Source: an uncultured delta proteobacterium (GTDB lineage Bacteria; Desulfobacterota; Binatia; Binatales; Binataceae). From it: DNA of 64,000 nucleotides. The position numbers and the translations under genes are program-made. Under the pieces are notes generated by a model that saw only the letters and a program-made list of their open reading frames with translations, ran no database searches and was not told where the DNA came from. Positions 9,670 through 19,724 of this stretch are shown in pieces. How positions within the stretch are numbered: position 1 is the stretch's first letter; the number at the start of each line of letters is the position of its first letter. Location: positions 3,168,001 to 3,232,000 of the forward strand of contig CAWJET010000001.1 of NCBI GenBank assembly GCA_963842085.1. Reading direction: 5' to 3'.

Positions 9670-10851
9670 TCAGACAATCACTTTGGCGGCGCGGAGTTCT
9701 TCTACCTGGGTGCGTTCGATTCCGGCTTCGCGCAGGATTTCGTCGGTGTGTTCGCCGAGCTTTGGCGGCACGCGCCACATCTTCATCGGCGTTTCCGAAA
9801 ATCGAGCGCCGGGATTCACCGCGCGCACGCGGCCCGCGCTCGGATGTTCGTAGACCGAGAAGCTCTCGTTCTCGACGATTTCCGGATCCTTCAGCAGGGT
9901 TTCGTAGTTGTGGACCGGGCCGCATGGAATGTCGGCCTGCTCGAGTACGGGCAGCCATTCGGCGGTGGTTTTTTCCGGGAAGAGCCTGGCCAGGCCGCGC
10001 ATGAGATTGCGTCCACGCTCGGCGCGCTCGGTGCGATCCGAGGTCTCGGGCCACCATTCGGGATGCCCGACCGCCTCGGCCAGCCGCTTTGACTGCGCGT
10101 CGGTGAACGGAGCGATCGTGAGCCATCCGTCCTTCGTCTTGAAAGGATCGAGTGTGGTGCTCTTGGGTGCGAGATGCTTGAACTCGTCCTCGGGCAGCAG
10201 CGTGTAGCCGTAGATCGAATCGTTGGCGGTGAATGCCATCATCGCCTCGAGCATCGGGACCTTGATGTACTGGCCGACGCCGCGGGCGCGCGCCGCGTGC
10301 AGCGCACTAACCACGGACAGCGCCGCGGTCATCCCGCTTACTTTGTCCGCCAGCGCCATCTTGACCGCCGTCGGCTGGCCGGCTTTGAGGCCCTGAACGT
10401 AGGCCATGCCGGAGTAGCCCTGGATGACGGGATCGTAGGCCGGGAAATTTGCGAGGCGGCCCTTGGGCGGAAAGCCGCAAATCGAACAATAGACAACCTT
10501 GGGGTTGGCGCGGCGGATGTCGGCGTAGCCGATTCCGAGACGGTCGGCGACGCCGGGGCGATTGTTCTCGACCAGGGCGTCGGCCTTGACCGCGAGCCGG
10601 CGGACGAGGTCGCGGCCGTGCTCCTTCTTGATGTCGATGACGATGCTGCGCTTGTTGCGATTGAAGTTGAGGTACGCGGCAGTGAGGCCGCCGCGCTGTG
10701 GGCCGACGTTCCGGCGCATCGAGTCGCCCTCGGGCGGTTCGATTTTGATGACGTCGGCGCCGAGGTCGCCCAGCAACTGAGTGCAGAACGGCCCCGAAAT
10801 GACGGCGGTCAAATCAAGGATGCGAAAACCAACCAGCGGTCCATCAGCCAT
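9670..10851 (-). CDS. CoA-transferase family III (CaiB/BaiF)
   Basis: RILDLT..ISGPFCTQLLGDLGADVIKIEPP.GD, NRNKRS, ENNRPG. Confidence 0.95.
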   Translation of the reverse strand: MADGPLVGFRILDLTAVISGPFCTQLLGDLGADVIKIEPPEGDSMRRNVGPQRGGLTAAYLNFNRNKRSIVIDIKKEHGRDLVRRLAVKADALVENNRPGVADRLGIGYADIRRANPKVVYCSICGFPPKGRLANFPAYDPVIQGYSGMAYVQGLKAGQPTAVKMALADKVSGMTAALSVVSALHAARARGVGQYIKVPMLEAMMAFTANDSIYGYTLLPEDEFKHLAPKSTTLDPFKTKDGWLTIAPFTDAQSKRLAEAVGHPEWWPETSDRTERAERGRNLMRGLARLFPEKTTAEWLPVLEQADIPCGPVHNYETLLKDPEIVENESFSVYEHPSAGRVRAVNPGARFSETPMKMWRVPPKLGEHTDEILREAGIERTQVEELRAAKVIV

Positions 10852-11090
10852 GATGAAAATCCTTCAAGCGCGAGCAACGGACGCTTGGGCGTCAGAGATA
10901 CTAGCCGCGATGAAGCGGTGAGTCACGGAGCGCGGAGTCAAATGCGGTTTTGGTCAACTATCGAGCCGAAATTCCATCCGCCGCCGCAGTTCCGCTGTTT
11001 ACCCGTCGCAGTTCGTCAGATCATGACGCGAAGCCTGCTTAACCCGCGCGGGCGGGCGGCGTCAAGGCGTTTTTCAGGGAACTGGCGGCC

Positions 11091-11915
11091 TCAGTTGGCG
11101 GGAGGTTTCGGCACGCTCATGCCGAATGCCACTTTCAAGTCGTCGCCGTTGAACGGATAAACGTGGACCATCCAGCCGAACGCCTGCTTGAGGAAGTGGC
11201 CGCCCGCGGCTTCGCACGCGGAGGCGTCGGCGATTTTGCCGGTGAAACCGAAACGCCCATCGGCCAGGAAACCAAGGCGCTGGTTGATTGCCGGTGCGGA
11301 GGGGCTGGACGACACCGGCAGCATGCCGGGCATGTCGAGATGCGACGCGCCGACGTCGCCGCGCAGGACGTCGCCCAGCGTAATGCCGTTGGGCAGGCAG
11401 ATATTGGTGTGAGCGTGCCAGTGCGCCACGCTCAGCGGAATTATCGCGTCGAGCCGATCGAAGGTGTAGTCGGCAGGCGCGCTGTACATCGCGCCAACCA
11501 GCACGTAATCGCCGCTCGAATTTTTTAAGTAAAGGATCGAGCCCGGACGGGTCAGATCGGAATGGCCGATGTATTCCTCTTGCGACGCGCTGTAGTCGGT
11601 AAAATGGTAAACCTCCTGCGGAACTGTCGGCAGAAAAATCCGGAAGCCTTCCGCTAATGCTACGCGGGGATCGTGATACTTGACCAGCGCGCGGCGAAGC
11701 GTGGCAATCACGTTGCGCGCGCGCTCGATGTCTTGCGGCGTTTGCGGACGCGACGGCGTCATCACCATGTGCGCGCCCATGCCCATCTGCCCGCCCATCG
11801 CGTTGGGGGCACCGTCGTGGCCGTCCATGTCAGCCATCGCGGCCATCTCGTGCGCGAAGGCAGGTGCGTTGATCGAAAGAGCGAGCGCGACGATTAGAAG
11901 AATGAGCTTGTTCAT
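11091..11915 (-). CDS. Secreted hypothetical protein with Met/His-rich N-terminus
   Basis: Signal peptide (APAFA), Met-rich segment, YHF...WHAHTNIC...GWMVHVYP motifs. Confidence 0.75.
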   Translation of the reverse strand: MNKLILLIVALALSINAPAFAHEMAAMADMDGHDGAPNAMGGQMGMGAHMVMTPSRPQTPQDIERARNVIATLRRALVKYHDPRVALAEGFRIFLPTVPQEVYHFTDYSASQEEYIGHSDLTRPGSILYLKNSSGDYVLVGAMYSAPADYTFDRLDAIIPLSVAHWHAHTNICLPNGITLGDVLRGDVGASHLDMPGMLPVSSSPSAPAINQRLGFLADGRFGFTGKIADASACEAAGGHFLKQAFGWMVHVYPFNGDDLKVAFGMSVPKPPAN

Positions 11916-11936
11916 GCGATACGCCGACCTACAGCT

Positions 11937-12776
11937 TCACTCGCGATCGCCCCGCAGACGTGCGTGTTTCAACGCCGGCAGTTCGCGCCGTACGCGCTCC
12001 TGATATTCGAGATCGATTGGCGCAACGACGACGCCTTCCTGATCCGCCGCGCGCGCAATGACGCGTCCCCAGGGGTCGATGATCATTGAATTGCCGTAGT
12101 CGCTGTAGCCGTAAATGTTGGGACCGAACTGCGCGGGCGCGATCACGTACGCCTGGTTCTCGATCGCGCGGGCGCGGAGCAGCGGCTCCCAGTGCGCCTC
12201 GCCTGTGGGGAAGGTGAACGCGCTCGGCACGGCGATAATTTGTGTGCCGGCAAAAGCCAGGCGGCGATAGAGTTCCGGGAAACGGAGGTCGTAACAGATG
12301 CTGAGCCCGATTGCGCCGAGCGGAGTCGCGGCGGTGACGACCTCCGCGCCGGCGAGCTTCGCATCCGACTCGCGCACCGTCACGCGGCCCGCAAGATCGA
12401 CGTCGAAGAGGTGAATCTTGCGATAGGCAGCGATCTGGCCGCCGTCGGGGCCGAGCAGCACAGAGGTGTTGTAGCATCGCGAATCGCCGGTGACCTGCTC
12501 GGTGATCGATCCGGCGATGAGGTGGATTCCCAGCTCGCGCGCGAGCCGCGACATCAGCGCCAGCGATTGACCGTCGAGCGTTTCCGCCGCCGCCGCCTGC
12601 TCATTGCGTTTGCCGCGCCAGTTGAAGACTTCGGGCAGCGCGACCAGGTTTGCACCGCGAGCAGCGCCGACGCGGACGAGCCGTTCGGCGCGTTCCAGGT
12701 TTGCCGCTTTGTCGGAGCCGGCGCTCATCTGGATTGCGGCTGCCAGGTAGGTCATCGCGGGATTTCCCTTCGGCAT
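11937..12776 (-). CDS. Carbon-nitrogen hydrolase (Nit1/deaminated glutathione amidase-like)
   Basis: LPE, YRKIHLFDV, ICYDLRFPE, RARAIENQ. Confidence 0.93.
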   Translation of the reverse strand: MPKGNPAMTYLAAAIQMSAGSDKAANLERAERLVRVGAARGANLVALPEVFNWRGKRNEQAAAAETLDGQSLALMSRLARELGIHLIAGSITEQVTGDSRCYNTSVLLGPDGGQIAAYRKIHLFDVDLAGRVTVRESDAKLAGAEVVTAATPLGAIGLSICYDLRFPELYRRLAFAGTQIIAVPSAFTFPTGEAHWEPLLRARAIENQAYVIAPAQFGPNIYGYSDYGNSMIIDPWGRVIARAADQEGVVVAPIDLEYQERVRRELPALKHARLRGDRE

Positions 12777-12797
12777 TATTGCGCGTTGAGCGTCGGG

Positions 12798-13124
12798 TTA
12801 GTAGCGCGGCGTCGCCGGATCCGCGGTCTCGGACCATGCGTCGATTCCGCCTGACAGATTGAGCACGTGCGCGAAACCCATCCGCAGAAGGTACATCGCG
12901 ACCTGCGCGCTGCGGACGCCGTGATGGCATACGACGACGGTCTCGCGGTCGGGATCGAGCTCGGTCAGGCGCGAGGGAATGTCGCCCATCGGGATGTGAC
13001 TCGCGCCGGGGAATGGCGCCAGCGAAACTTCAAATGGCTCGCGCACGTCGAGGATGAAGATACGCTCGCCTTGATCGAGGCGGGCCTTGAGCGCCGCCGG
13101 TTCGATTGCGCCGATGTCAGGCAT
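12798..13124 (-). CDS. Single-domain rhodanese
   Basis: LDVREP, CHHGVRS active loop, NLSGGIDAW. Confidence 0.92.
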   Translation of the reverse strand: MPDIGAIEPAALKARLDQGERIFILDVREPFEVSLAPFPGASHIPMGDIPSRLTELDPDRETVVVCHHGVRSAQVAMYLLRMGFAHVLNLSGGIDAWSETADPATPRY

Positions 13125-13148
13125 CAGGCGACCGGGGCGCGCGCCGCG

Positions 13149-13661
13149 CTACTCTTTGATGTCGTTTGAAAACAGCTCGACCTTCGAGAACACCGGCAGC
13201 TCGGTGCATGAAATCGAAAATCCGAACGTGTCGCTCTGACCCGGCTGGATCGGATCGAAATGCGGCTTCTCGTTCAGGATTTTCTGTATATAGGGGTCAT
13301 CAGCCAGGCTCTCGGCATGATGGTTGTAAAGGCTCTCGCCGTGAAGCACCTTGCCGTCCTGATCCTCGAACGCGAAGTGCAGGCGGACATAGTCTATCGG
13401 CCGACCGCTGACGTTGGTTATTTTGCCCGCGATTACCAGGCTCGGCGGCATGCAGCACGAATGCATAATCACGTCGCGCGTGATTACAACTTTAAGCTGG
13501 TCGTTGGGAACGACCTGGGTCTTGGGATGATCGTAGCGAGCGTGCATGTCCGCTTCCGCTGCGGCATCCTCGCTATTCTTGAACTGGACGTGAGTGGCGG
13601 CAAAGGTAGCGCTGGCCACAGCGAAGACCAGAAAAGTCGCGATTGCGATTGGCTTTTTCAT
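13149..13661 (-). CDS. Secreted hypothetical protein (FxLYD-like beta-sandwich)
   Basis: Signal peptide; IAGKITN...FAFEDQDGK...IQPGQS pattern. Confidence 0.65.
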   Translation of the reverse strand: MKKPIAIATFLVFAVASATFAATHVQFKNSEDAAAEADMHARYDHPKTQVVPNDQLKVVITRDVIMHSCCMPPSLVIAGKITNVSGRPIDYVRLHFAFEDQDGKVLHGESLYNHHAESLADDPYIQKILNEKPHFDPIQPGQSDTFGFSISCTELPVFSKVELFSNDIKE

Positions 13662-13751
13662 GTCCTTGACCCCTGTCAGCCGATCTTGGTGCGGGGCTTC
13701 GCCAATGTCAATCTGCTAATTGAAGGCTAGTGTAGCCGTGGCAAGAATCAC

Positions 13752-14225
13752 ATGAGGGCCGCTGAACACCTGCAGTTTATGGCCAAGGCTATTGCTGAAG
13801 CCCGTCGCGCTGACGCCGAGGGTGAAGTTCCGGTCGGCGCGATCGCGGTCGCGAATGGGCAAATAGTCGGCGCAGGGCACAACCGGCCGATCGGGCTTGG
13901 CGACCCGACGGCGCATGCGGAAATTCTGGCAATCCGCGCGGCCGCCTCGACGCTCAAAACGTACCGGCTTACCGCCGTGTCGATATACGTCACGCTCGAG
14001 CCGTGCGTCATGTGCGTCGGTGCGATGCTGAATGCGCGAATTGCGCGAGTGGTGTACGGGGCGCGCGACGACAAGGCAGGCGCGCTCGGCTCGGTGTACG
14101 ATATCGGCCGAGACGGCAGGTTGAACCATCGATTGGAAGTCGTCGGCGGGGTGATGGAGTCCGAGTGCGCGGAGCTGATGCGCGGATTTTTTCGCGCGCG
14201 GCGCGGTGCGAAGAGCGCCGATTAA
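13752..14225 (+). CDS. tadA: tRNA adenosine(34) deaminase
   Basis: EVPVGA, DPTAHAE, TLEPCVMC. Confidence 0.95.
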   Translation: MRAAEHLQFMAKAIAEARRADAEGEVPVGAIAVANGQIVGAGHNRPIGLGDPTAHAEILAIRAAASTLKTYRLTAVSIYVTLEPCVMCVGAMLNARIARVVYGARDDKAGALGSVYDIGRDGRLNHRLEVVGGVMESECAELMRGFFRARRGAKSAD

Positions 14226-14242
14226 GAGAAGCGGGCGGGGCA

Positions 14243-14584
14243 ATGGGCAACTTCAGATTCTATCGGCGCGTCTCGATCTTTCCGGGACTGTCGGTCAACG
14301 TCTCGAAATCGGGACCGAGCGTGACGGTCGGGATGCGCGGCGCGCACTTCACGTTTGGCAGCAAGGGAATTCGCAGGACGGTCGGCATCCCGGGCACCGG
14401 CATCTACTATACGTCGCACAGCGGATACCATTCGGGGGTGCATTCGGCGCACGTCGAGCAACCGATTTCTGAAAGTCAGCAGACGACGGCGCACGGGATC
14501 GCGCAGTTGATCGGGTTGATGGTCATCATCGGCGCCGTGGCGTTTGCAATCGCGCTGGTCGGCTCGATCGCCGGCCGCAAGTGA
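14243..14584 (+). CDS. DUF4236-like protein with C-terminal TM helix
   Basis: MGNFRFYRRVSIFPG..VNVSKSG.S...TVGIPGTGIYY. Confidence 0.85.
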   Translation: MGNFRFYRRVSIFPGLSVNVSKSGPSVTVGMRGAHFTFGSKGIRRTVGIPGTGIYYTSHSGYHSGVHSAHVEQPISESQQTTAHGIAQLIGLMVIIGAVAFAIALVGSIAGRK

Positions 14585-14623
14585 TTCCGGGTGCGATCCC
14601 GAAATCTCGTCCATTCGGGAAAG

Positions 14624-15409
14624 CTACAGCGTCAGGCCGCCGTCTACGACTAATTCCGCGCCCGTGATGTATTGCGCCTCATCGGAGGCGAGAAAGAGCG
14701 CCGCGTGCGCTGCGTCCCAGGCAGTGCCCTGGCGGCCCATCGGGCAGTGCGCATCGCGCTGGTGCATGATCTTGGCGACTTCGTCGGGCGGCAGGTCGCG
14801 GTAATAGGTGCGGATGTGCGGCGTATCCATCATGCCGAGCAGGATCACGTTGCAGCGGATTTTCTTTGCGGCGTACTGGCGCGCAATGACGCGGGTCATG
14901 TGATTCAGCGCGGCCTTGGAGGTGTGATACGAGAAGTACGGCACCGGGCTCCATCTGATACTGGCGACGGAGGAGACGTTGATGATCGCGCCGCCGCGCG
15001 CCTCCATGTGCGGAATCGCATACTTGCACATCATGAAGACGCTCTTGAGATTGACCGCGTGTACGCGATCCCAGTCCTCCTCGGTGGTTGAAACGGGATC
15101 GCCGGCGATCTCGATTCCCACGTTGTTGTGAATGACGTCGATGCGGCCGAAGCGCGCAATGGTTTGATCGACAATCGCGCGGACGTCTTCCGAGCGGCTG
15201 ACGTCGGCGGCGATCGCGATTGCGCGTCCGCCCTCCGCTTCAATCGCGCGCACGGTTTCCTGCGCCGCCGCGAGATTCTGGTCCACCGCGACGATCGAGG
15301 CGCCTTCGCGCGCGAACAACATCGCGGCCGCCTTGCCGTTGCCCATGCCGTCGCCGGAGGTGCCGGCGCCGGTAACAATCGACACTCTGTCCTTGAGGCG
15401 CGTGCCCAT
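14624..15409 (-). CDS. SDR-family oxidoreductase
   Basis: VTGAG..GNG, NNVG, YHTSK, ITGAELVVDGG. Confidence 0.93.
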   Translation of the reverse strand: MGTRLKDRVSIVTGAGTSGDGMGNGKAAAMLFAREGASIVAVDQNLAAAQETVRAIEAEGGRAIAIAADVSRSEDVRAIVDQTIARFGRIDVIHNNVGIEIAGDPVSTTEEDWDRVHAVNLKSVFMMCKYAIPHMEARGGAIINVSSVASIRWSPVPYFSYHTSKAALNHMTRVIARQYAAKKIRCNVILLGMMDTPHIRTYYRDLPPDEVAKIMHQRDAHCPMGRQGTAWDAAHAALFLASDEAQYITGAELVVDGGLTL

Positions 15410-15433
15410 AGCCTTTCTCCGATCGATATTTGT

Positions 15434-16219
15434 TCAGGCCGTGCCCGCCGGCCGCAATCCCAAAAGCCGGTCGGGCGCCTGCGGTATGGTCTTCCAAAGG
15501 TCCGGGTCGTGTCCCGTGATGATCATCGCGCCGCCGTCGCGCAGCGCGCGCAGGCGCCGTATCGACTCGAGCATCTGCTCGCGATTGTACATCGCGGTTG
15601 GCAGATGGAAGTTGTCGAGCGTGCGGCGCAGGTAGCAGGCGTCGCCGGTCATCACTATTTCTTCGGAGCCGATTCGCACGCGCAGAGATTGATGGCCAGG
15701 AGTGTGGCCGGGCGTGGGGATGCACACGACCGAACCGTCGCCGAAGACGTCGTGCTCGCCGTCGATCATTTTCACTTTGTGCCCGTGGTCGTAGTCGTGC
15801 GGATCGTAGTAAACGCTTTCGATCAGCTCGGCATTGTGGCCGGCCTCCCACTCGCGGCGCTGAATCAGCAAGGTCGCGTTAGGCAATTGCTCGTTGCCGC
15901 CGCAGTGGTCGAAATGGAGATGCGAATTGATGATGAAATCGATCTTCGACAGCGCCATGCCGAGCGACTCGAGACGCGCCGCGATCTCCTCGCCGGGCTT
16001 GAATCCCACCGTGTGATAAGGGGCGAGCCGTCCGAGGCGGCGATTCGGATCGGTTTGCGTCTCGAGGTGGAGGCCGCTGTCGAAGATCGCACGCCCTTTC
16101 GGATGCTCGATCAGATATGCAGGCACGGGCACCGTGAGGCTTCCCTTTTCGCCCGCGAGCAGAAGCGCGGCCGGAAGAGTCAACCATCCGCACGTGAACG
16201 CATAGACGTTGAGCGACAT
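15434..16219 (-). CDS. Metallo-beta-lactamase fold, N-acyl homoserine lactonase (AiiA/AttM-like) family
   Basis: SHLHFDHCG, TPGHTPGHQS, TGDA, GHD. Confidence 0.88.
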   Translation of the reverse strand: MSLNVYAFTCGWLTLPAALLLAGEKGSLTVPVPAYLIEHPKGRAIFDSGLHLETQTDPNRRLGRLAPYHTVGFKPGEEIAARLESLGMALSKIDFIINSHLHFDHCGGNEQLPNATLLIQRREWEAGHNAELIESVYYDPHDYDHGHKVKMIDGEHDVFGDGSVVCIPTPGHTPGHQSLRVRIGSEEIVMTGDACYLRRTLDNFHLPTAMYNREQMLESIRRLRALRDGGAMIITGHDPDLWKTIPQAPDRLLGLRPAGTA

Positions 16220-16350
16220 ATAAACCTCGTCTGCGAATGCCGGCGCGCGCCGGACGAGCCGATTTACAGTCTGGCAAATTTCCCTTACACCAAACAGCGG
16301 CCCCGCGCGATCAACAGCGCCGGCGCCTAACGCTCTCGCAGGAGGTTGTC

Positions 16351-16902
16351 ATGAGCCTGGTCGCGTATCCCGATATTGCGAGCCTGCCCGAAGAAGTGCG
16401 CACTGCTATTGCGCGGGCTCCCGTTCAGCTCAACATCTTCAAGATGATGGCGAACGCCGAGACCTGTTTCATCCCGCTGACCCGGCTGGGCGGCACGATT
16501 CTCAGCCGCCAGCAGCTCGACGCGAAGTTGCGCGAGCTGGCCATCCTGATGGTCGCGAAGATCGAAGGCGGCGAGTACGAATGGATTCAGCACGTGCCAA
16601 TCGCGATTTCCGTCGGCGCGACGCCGGCGCAGGTCGATGCGCTCGAGCACGACGCGATCGATTCGCCATGCTTCAGCGAGGTCGAGCGCGCGGCGCTGCG
16701 CTTCACCGAAGAAGTCGTAAATCGCGTCAAGGCTGACGAGGGGACAGTCAGGGAACTGACGAAATTTCTGTCGCCGCGCGAAATCGTCGAACTGATCCTC
16801 GCGATCGGATTCTACATGACGATGGCGCGGCTTACGGAGACGACGCGCACCGATCTCGATCCGTCGGCCGGCACCAAAATCGTGGATGCAATCCGCCGAT
16901 GA
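16351..16902 (+). CDS. Carboxymuconolactone decarboxylase/AhpD-like protein
   Basis: SD GGAGG; LRELAIL...YEWIQH...VELILAIGFY. Confidence 0.85.
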   Translation: MSLVAYPDIASLPEEVRTAIARAPVQLNIFKMMANAETCFIPLTRLGGTILSRQQLDAKLRELAILMVAKIEGGEYEWIQHVPIAISVGATPAQVDALEHDAIDSPCFSEVERAALRFTEEVVNRVKADEGTVRELTKFLSPREIVELILAIGFYMTMARLTETTRTDLDPSAGTKIVDAIRR

Positions 16903-16971
16903 CGGAGCGTGAACTCCTGCGCGGCGCCGTATAGTTCGTCCATCGCTCGCGAGCGTGTTACATATTGAGCA

Positions 16972-18102
16972 GTGAGCACAACGGATTCGATCGTCATCGA
17001 TTGCGACTCGCATGTGATGGAGCCGCCGGACCTCTGGGAGAAGTACCTCGAGTCGAAGTTTCGCGATCGCGCCATCCGGATCGTCAAAGATCCCGGTGAC
17101 GGGCTCGAGGTCCTGATGGTCGACAATCAACCGCTCCTGAAAGGGATGCTCGCCGGACTTGGCGGCGCCAATCAGCCGCGCCAGGAACTTTTCATCCCGG
17201 GCCGGCTCGGCTACCTCGATGGATGCCCGCCCGCGAGCTATCTCCCCGCCGAGCGGGTCAAGCTGCTCGACGAATGGGGCGTGAACGCTGGCGTGCTGTT
17301 CCCGACGGTCGGAATTCTTTGGGATGTCGCGGACCACGAACTGGCGGCGGCCTACGCGCGCGCCTACAACAACTGGGTCAACGACTTCGCCAGCTCGGTG
17401 CGCAGCCGCGTAATTCCGATCGCGCACATCGCGTTGCAGGACGTCGATGCGGCGCTGGTCGAGCTCAAGCGATGCCTCAAGCTGGGATTCAAGGGGATCT
17501 TCCTCGCGCCTGAAAATGTAGCTGGACGACGCTTCTCTCATCCTGACTTCGATCCGATCTGGCGCGAGTGCGAGGAAGCGGGAATCCCCGCCTGCCTGCA
17601 TGTGATCGTGCGCTTCAACCGCCCGCCGGGAATTATCGGGCAGTTCTACCAGCCCGGCGAGTTTCGCACCGTGTTCGGATTCGCGCTCGGCGGGTTTGCG
17701 CAGGTAGTGCCAGCCGCGATGACGATGGTTGCCGACGGTCTGTTCGATCGCTTTCCCCGCCTCAAGGTCCTGTGCGTCGAGGCGGGATGCGGTTGGGCGC
17801 CCTACATCATGGACCGGATGGATCAGAAGTATGAGTTGCTCGGGTGGACCTATCCGACCAGGTTGAAGCCTTCGGACTACTTCCGGCGCAACCTGTGGGT
17901 GGTTGCAGAGCCCGAGGAGCGCACCATCGGTGCTGTGATGGATTTGCTCGGCGAAGATCGCGTGCTCTGGGGCTCGGATTTTCCGCACGTCGATTCCAAC
18001 CTCGAAGCGCCGCAGCTGATTCGAAATTCAATCTCGAATTTGAGCGTATCCCGGCAACGCAAGCTGCTCGGCGAGAACGCGCGCATCGTGTTCCCGGCAT
18101 AG
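16972..18102 (+). CDS. Amidohydrolase_2 family protein
   Basis: IDCDSHVMEP, EAGCGW, WGSDFPH, GENA. Confidence 0.9.
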   Translation: MSTTDSIVIDCDSHVMEPPDLWEKYLESKFRDRAIRIVKDPGDGLEVLMVDNQPLLKGMLAGLGGANQPRQELFIPGRLGYLDGCPPASYLPAERVKLLDEWGVNAGVLFPTVGILWDVADHELAAAYARAYNNWVNDFASSVRSRVIPIAHIALQDVDAALVELKRCLKLGFKGIFLAPENVAGRRFSHPDFDPIWRECEEAGIPACLHVIVRFNRPPGIIGQFYQPGEFRTVFGFALGGFAQVVPAAMTMVADGLFDRFPRLKVLCVEAGCGWAPYIMDRMDQKYELLGWTYPTRLKPSDYFRRNLWVVAEPEERTIGAVMDLLGEDRVLWGSDFPHVDSNLEAPQLIRNSISNLSVSRQRKLLGENARIVFPA

Positions 18103-18156
18103 CTAGACATCGGGGTAGGAATGAAATGACATCTTCAGAACCGTGGTGCGGACGCG

Positions 18157-18360
18157 ATGCCGAGTGACAAGGCCAAGGCAAACAAGGCGCTGACCGCGAC
18201 CTGCGTCGCGTGCAAGAAATCCGTATCAACGGAGAGCGCGGTCGCGCTGACGGGCGTCGAGGACGGACACCGCCAGCAGTACGTCGTGTGCAACGCATGC
18301 GCGAACGGCGGATGGCGTCCGCCGGGCTTCGTCGGCTTGTATGCGTTCCGCCGCGAGTAG
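18157..18360 (+). CDS. Small CxxC...CxxC protein
   Basis: 67-aa ORF with CVAC and CNAC, filling the gap between convergent genes. Confidence 0.6.
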   Translation: MPSDKAKANKALTATCVACKKSVSTESAVALTGVEDGHRQQYVVCNACANGGWRPPGFVGLYAFRRE

Positions 18361-18370
18361 CGAGCGAGAG

Positions 18371-19723
18371 CTAAACTTTGTACAGGCGTTTGGCTTCCGC
18401 TCGTAGTTCCGATCTGAAGTCGGGATGCGCGATCGAGACCAATTCGTCGATGCGTTGACGAATCGATTTGCCCTTCAGAGTCGCGATGCCGTATTCGGTC
18501 ACCACATGATGCACGAAGCCGCGCGGCGACGTCACCACGCTGCCCGCGTCGAGCACCGGCACGATGCGCGATACGCGCTTGCCATTGACCGTCGAGCTCG
18601 ACGGCACCACGATTACCGTCTTGCCGCCCGCCAGGCACGCGGCGACGACGAAGGCCGTCTGCCCACCGGTGCCGGTGTACATCAGCGGTCCGATCGACTC
18701 GCCGTTGGTCTGCCCGGTCAAATCTACCGCCAGCGCGTTGTTGACCGAGATGAGCCCTTCTTCTTGCGCGACGAAACGGATGTCGTCGGTGGTGTTGAAA
18801 TCGTAGAGCGCGAACGCGGGATTGCCGTCGATGAAATCCAGCTCTTCGCGCGGTGTCAGCGGCGCGAAACCGGCGCCGACCACCAATCCCGGAAATAGCT
18901 TCTTGTGCTTGCCGGTCAGCACGCCCGCCTCCACCAGCGGCGCAGTGTGCAGCGGAATAATCTCGGTCTGCATCCCGAGCTCGTGATGATTGAGGAGATG
19001 CTGGCACAGCTTGCCGGACATCGAGCCGACGCCAATTTGCAGCGTCGCGCGATCGGGGATCAGTTCCTTGGCGACCGTCGCGCAGACCGTCGCGATATTT
19101 CGCGCTTCCTCTTCACCGGGCTCGGGCAGGTTGATCGCCGGCAGCTCGACGGTGCGCTCGACGAAGTAGTCTATTTCCGAAATATGGATCGAGTTGTCGC
19201 CGCCGACGCGAATCGAATTCTTGTCGATCTCCGCAATCACCAGGTTGGCGTTGCGCGCGAGCAGCTTCGACATGATCTGCGCTTCGCCGAAGTTGCAGTA
19301 GCCATGCTCGTCGGGCGGCGACACGGTCATCAGGTACACATTGAAATTGTCCAGCGCGGGCGGCAGATGCCCGGCGCGATAGTACTGAATCGGCGTGAAG
19401 TCTGCCGCGCCGCGATGGTAAATCGCGCGGTCGTACGGCGACAGGTACATCGACTCGAGGCGGAAGCGCTCGCCCAGCCCGGGCAAATCCCAGTTCATCA
19501 CGGCGGCGCCGTGATTGACAACGACGTTATCCAACTCCATCAAGCGCCCCGCGAGCGCGGGGCAGAGCTCGAACGGCGTCGCCTGCGCGATCGACAGACA
19601 CACCCGGTCGCCCGACTTGATCTGCGCGACAGCTTCGTCCGCCGCGACCAGCCGCGCACCTAGTTGTGCGCGCCAATCGCTCCCGGATTTTTGGCCGCGA
19701 TGCTGGCTCGATGCGGTCGCCAT
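18371..19723 (-). CDS. Acetyl-CoA hydrolase/transferase (4-hydroxybutyrate CoA-transferase-like)
   Basis: TLQIGVG, NNALAVDLTGQ, GTGGQ, VVTEYG, IAHPDFR. Confidence 0.92.
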   Translation of the reverse strand: MATASSQHRGQKSGSDWRAQLGARLVAADEAVAQIKSGDRVCLSIAQATPFELCPALAGRLMELDNVVVNHGAAVMNWDLPGLGERFRLESMYLSPYDRAIYHRGAADFTPIQYYRAGHLPPALDNFNVYLMTVSPPDEHGYCNFGEAQIMSKLLARNANLVIAEIDKNSIRVGGDNSIHISEIDYFVERTVELPAINLPEPGEEEARNIATVCATVAKELIPDRATLQIGVGSMSGKLCQHLLNHHELGMQTEIIPLHTAPLVEAGVLTGKHKKLFPGLVVGAGFAPLTPREELDFIDGNPAFALYDFNTTDDIRFVAQEEGLISVNNALAVDLTGQTNGESIGPLMYTGTGGQTAFVVAACLAGGKTVIVVPSSSTVNGKRVSRIVPVLDAGSVVTSPRGFVHHVVTEYGIATLKGKSIRQRIDELVSIAHPDFRSELRAEAKRLYKV

Positions 19724-19724
19724 C

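Noticed and set aside
16327-17988. 553-aa minus-strand ORF and similar long antisense ORFs (e.g. 22409-23638, 15128-16330, 3121-4254)
   Set aside because: Shadow frames of well-supported genes in high-GC DNA, with no recognisable motifs
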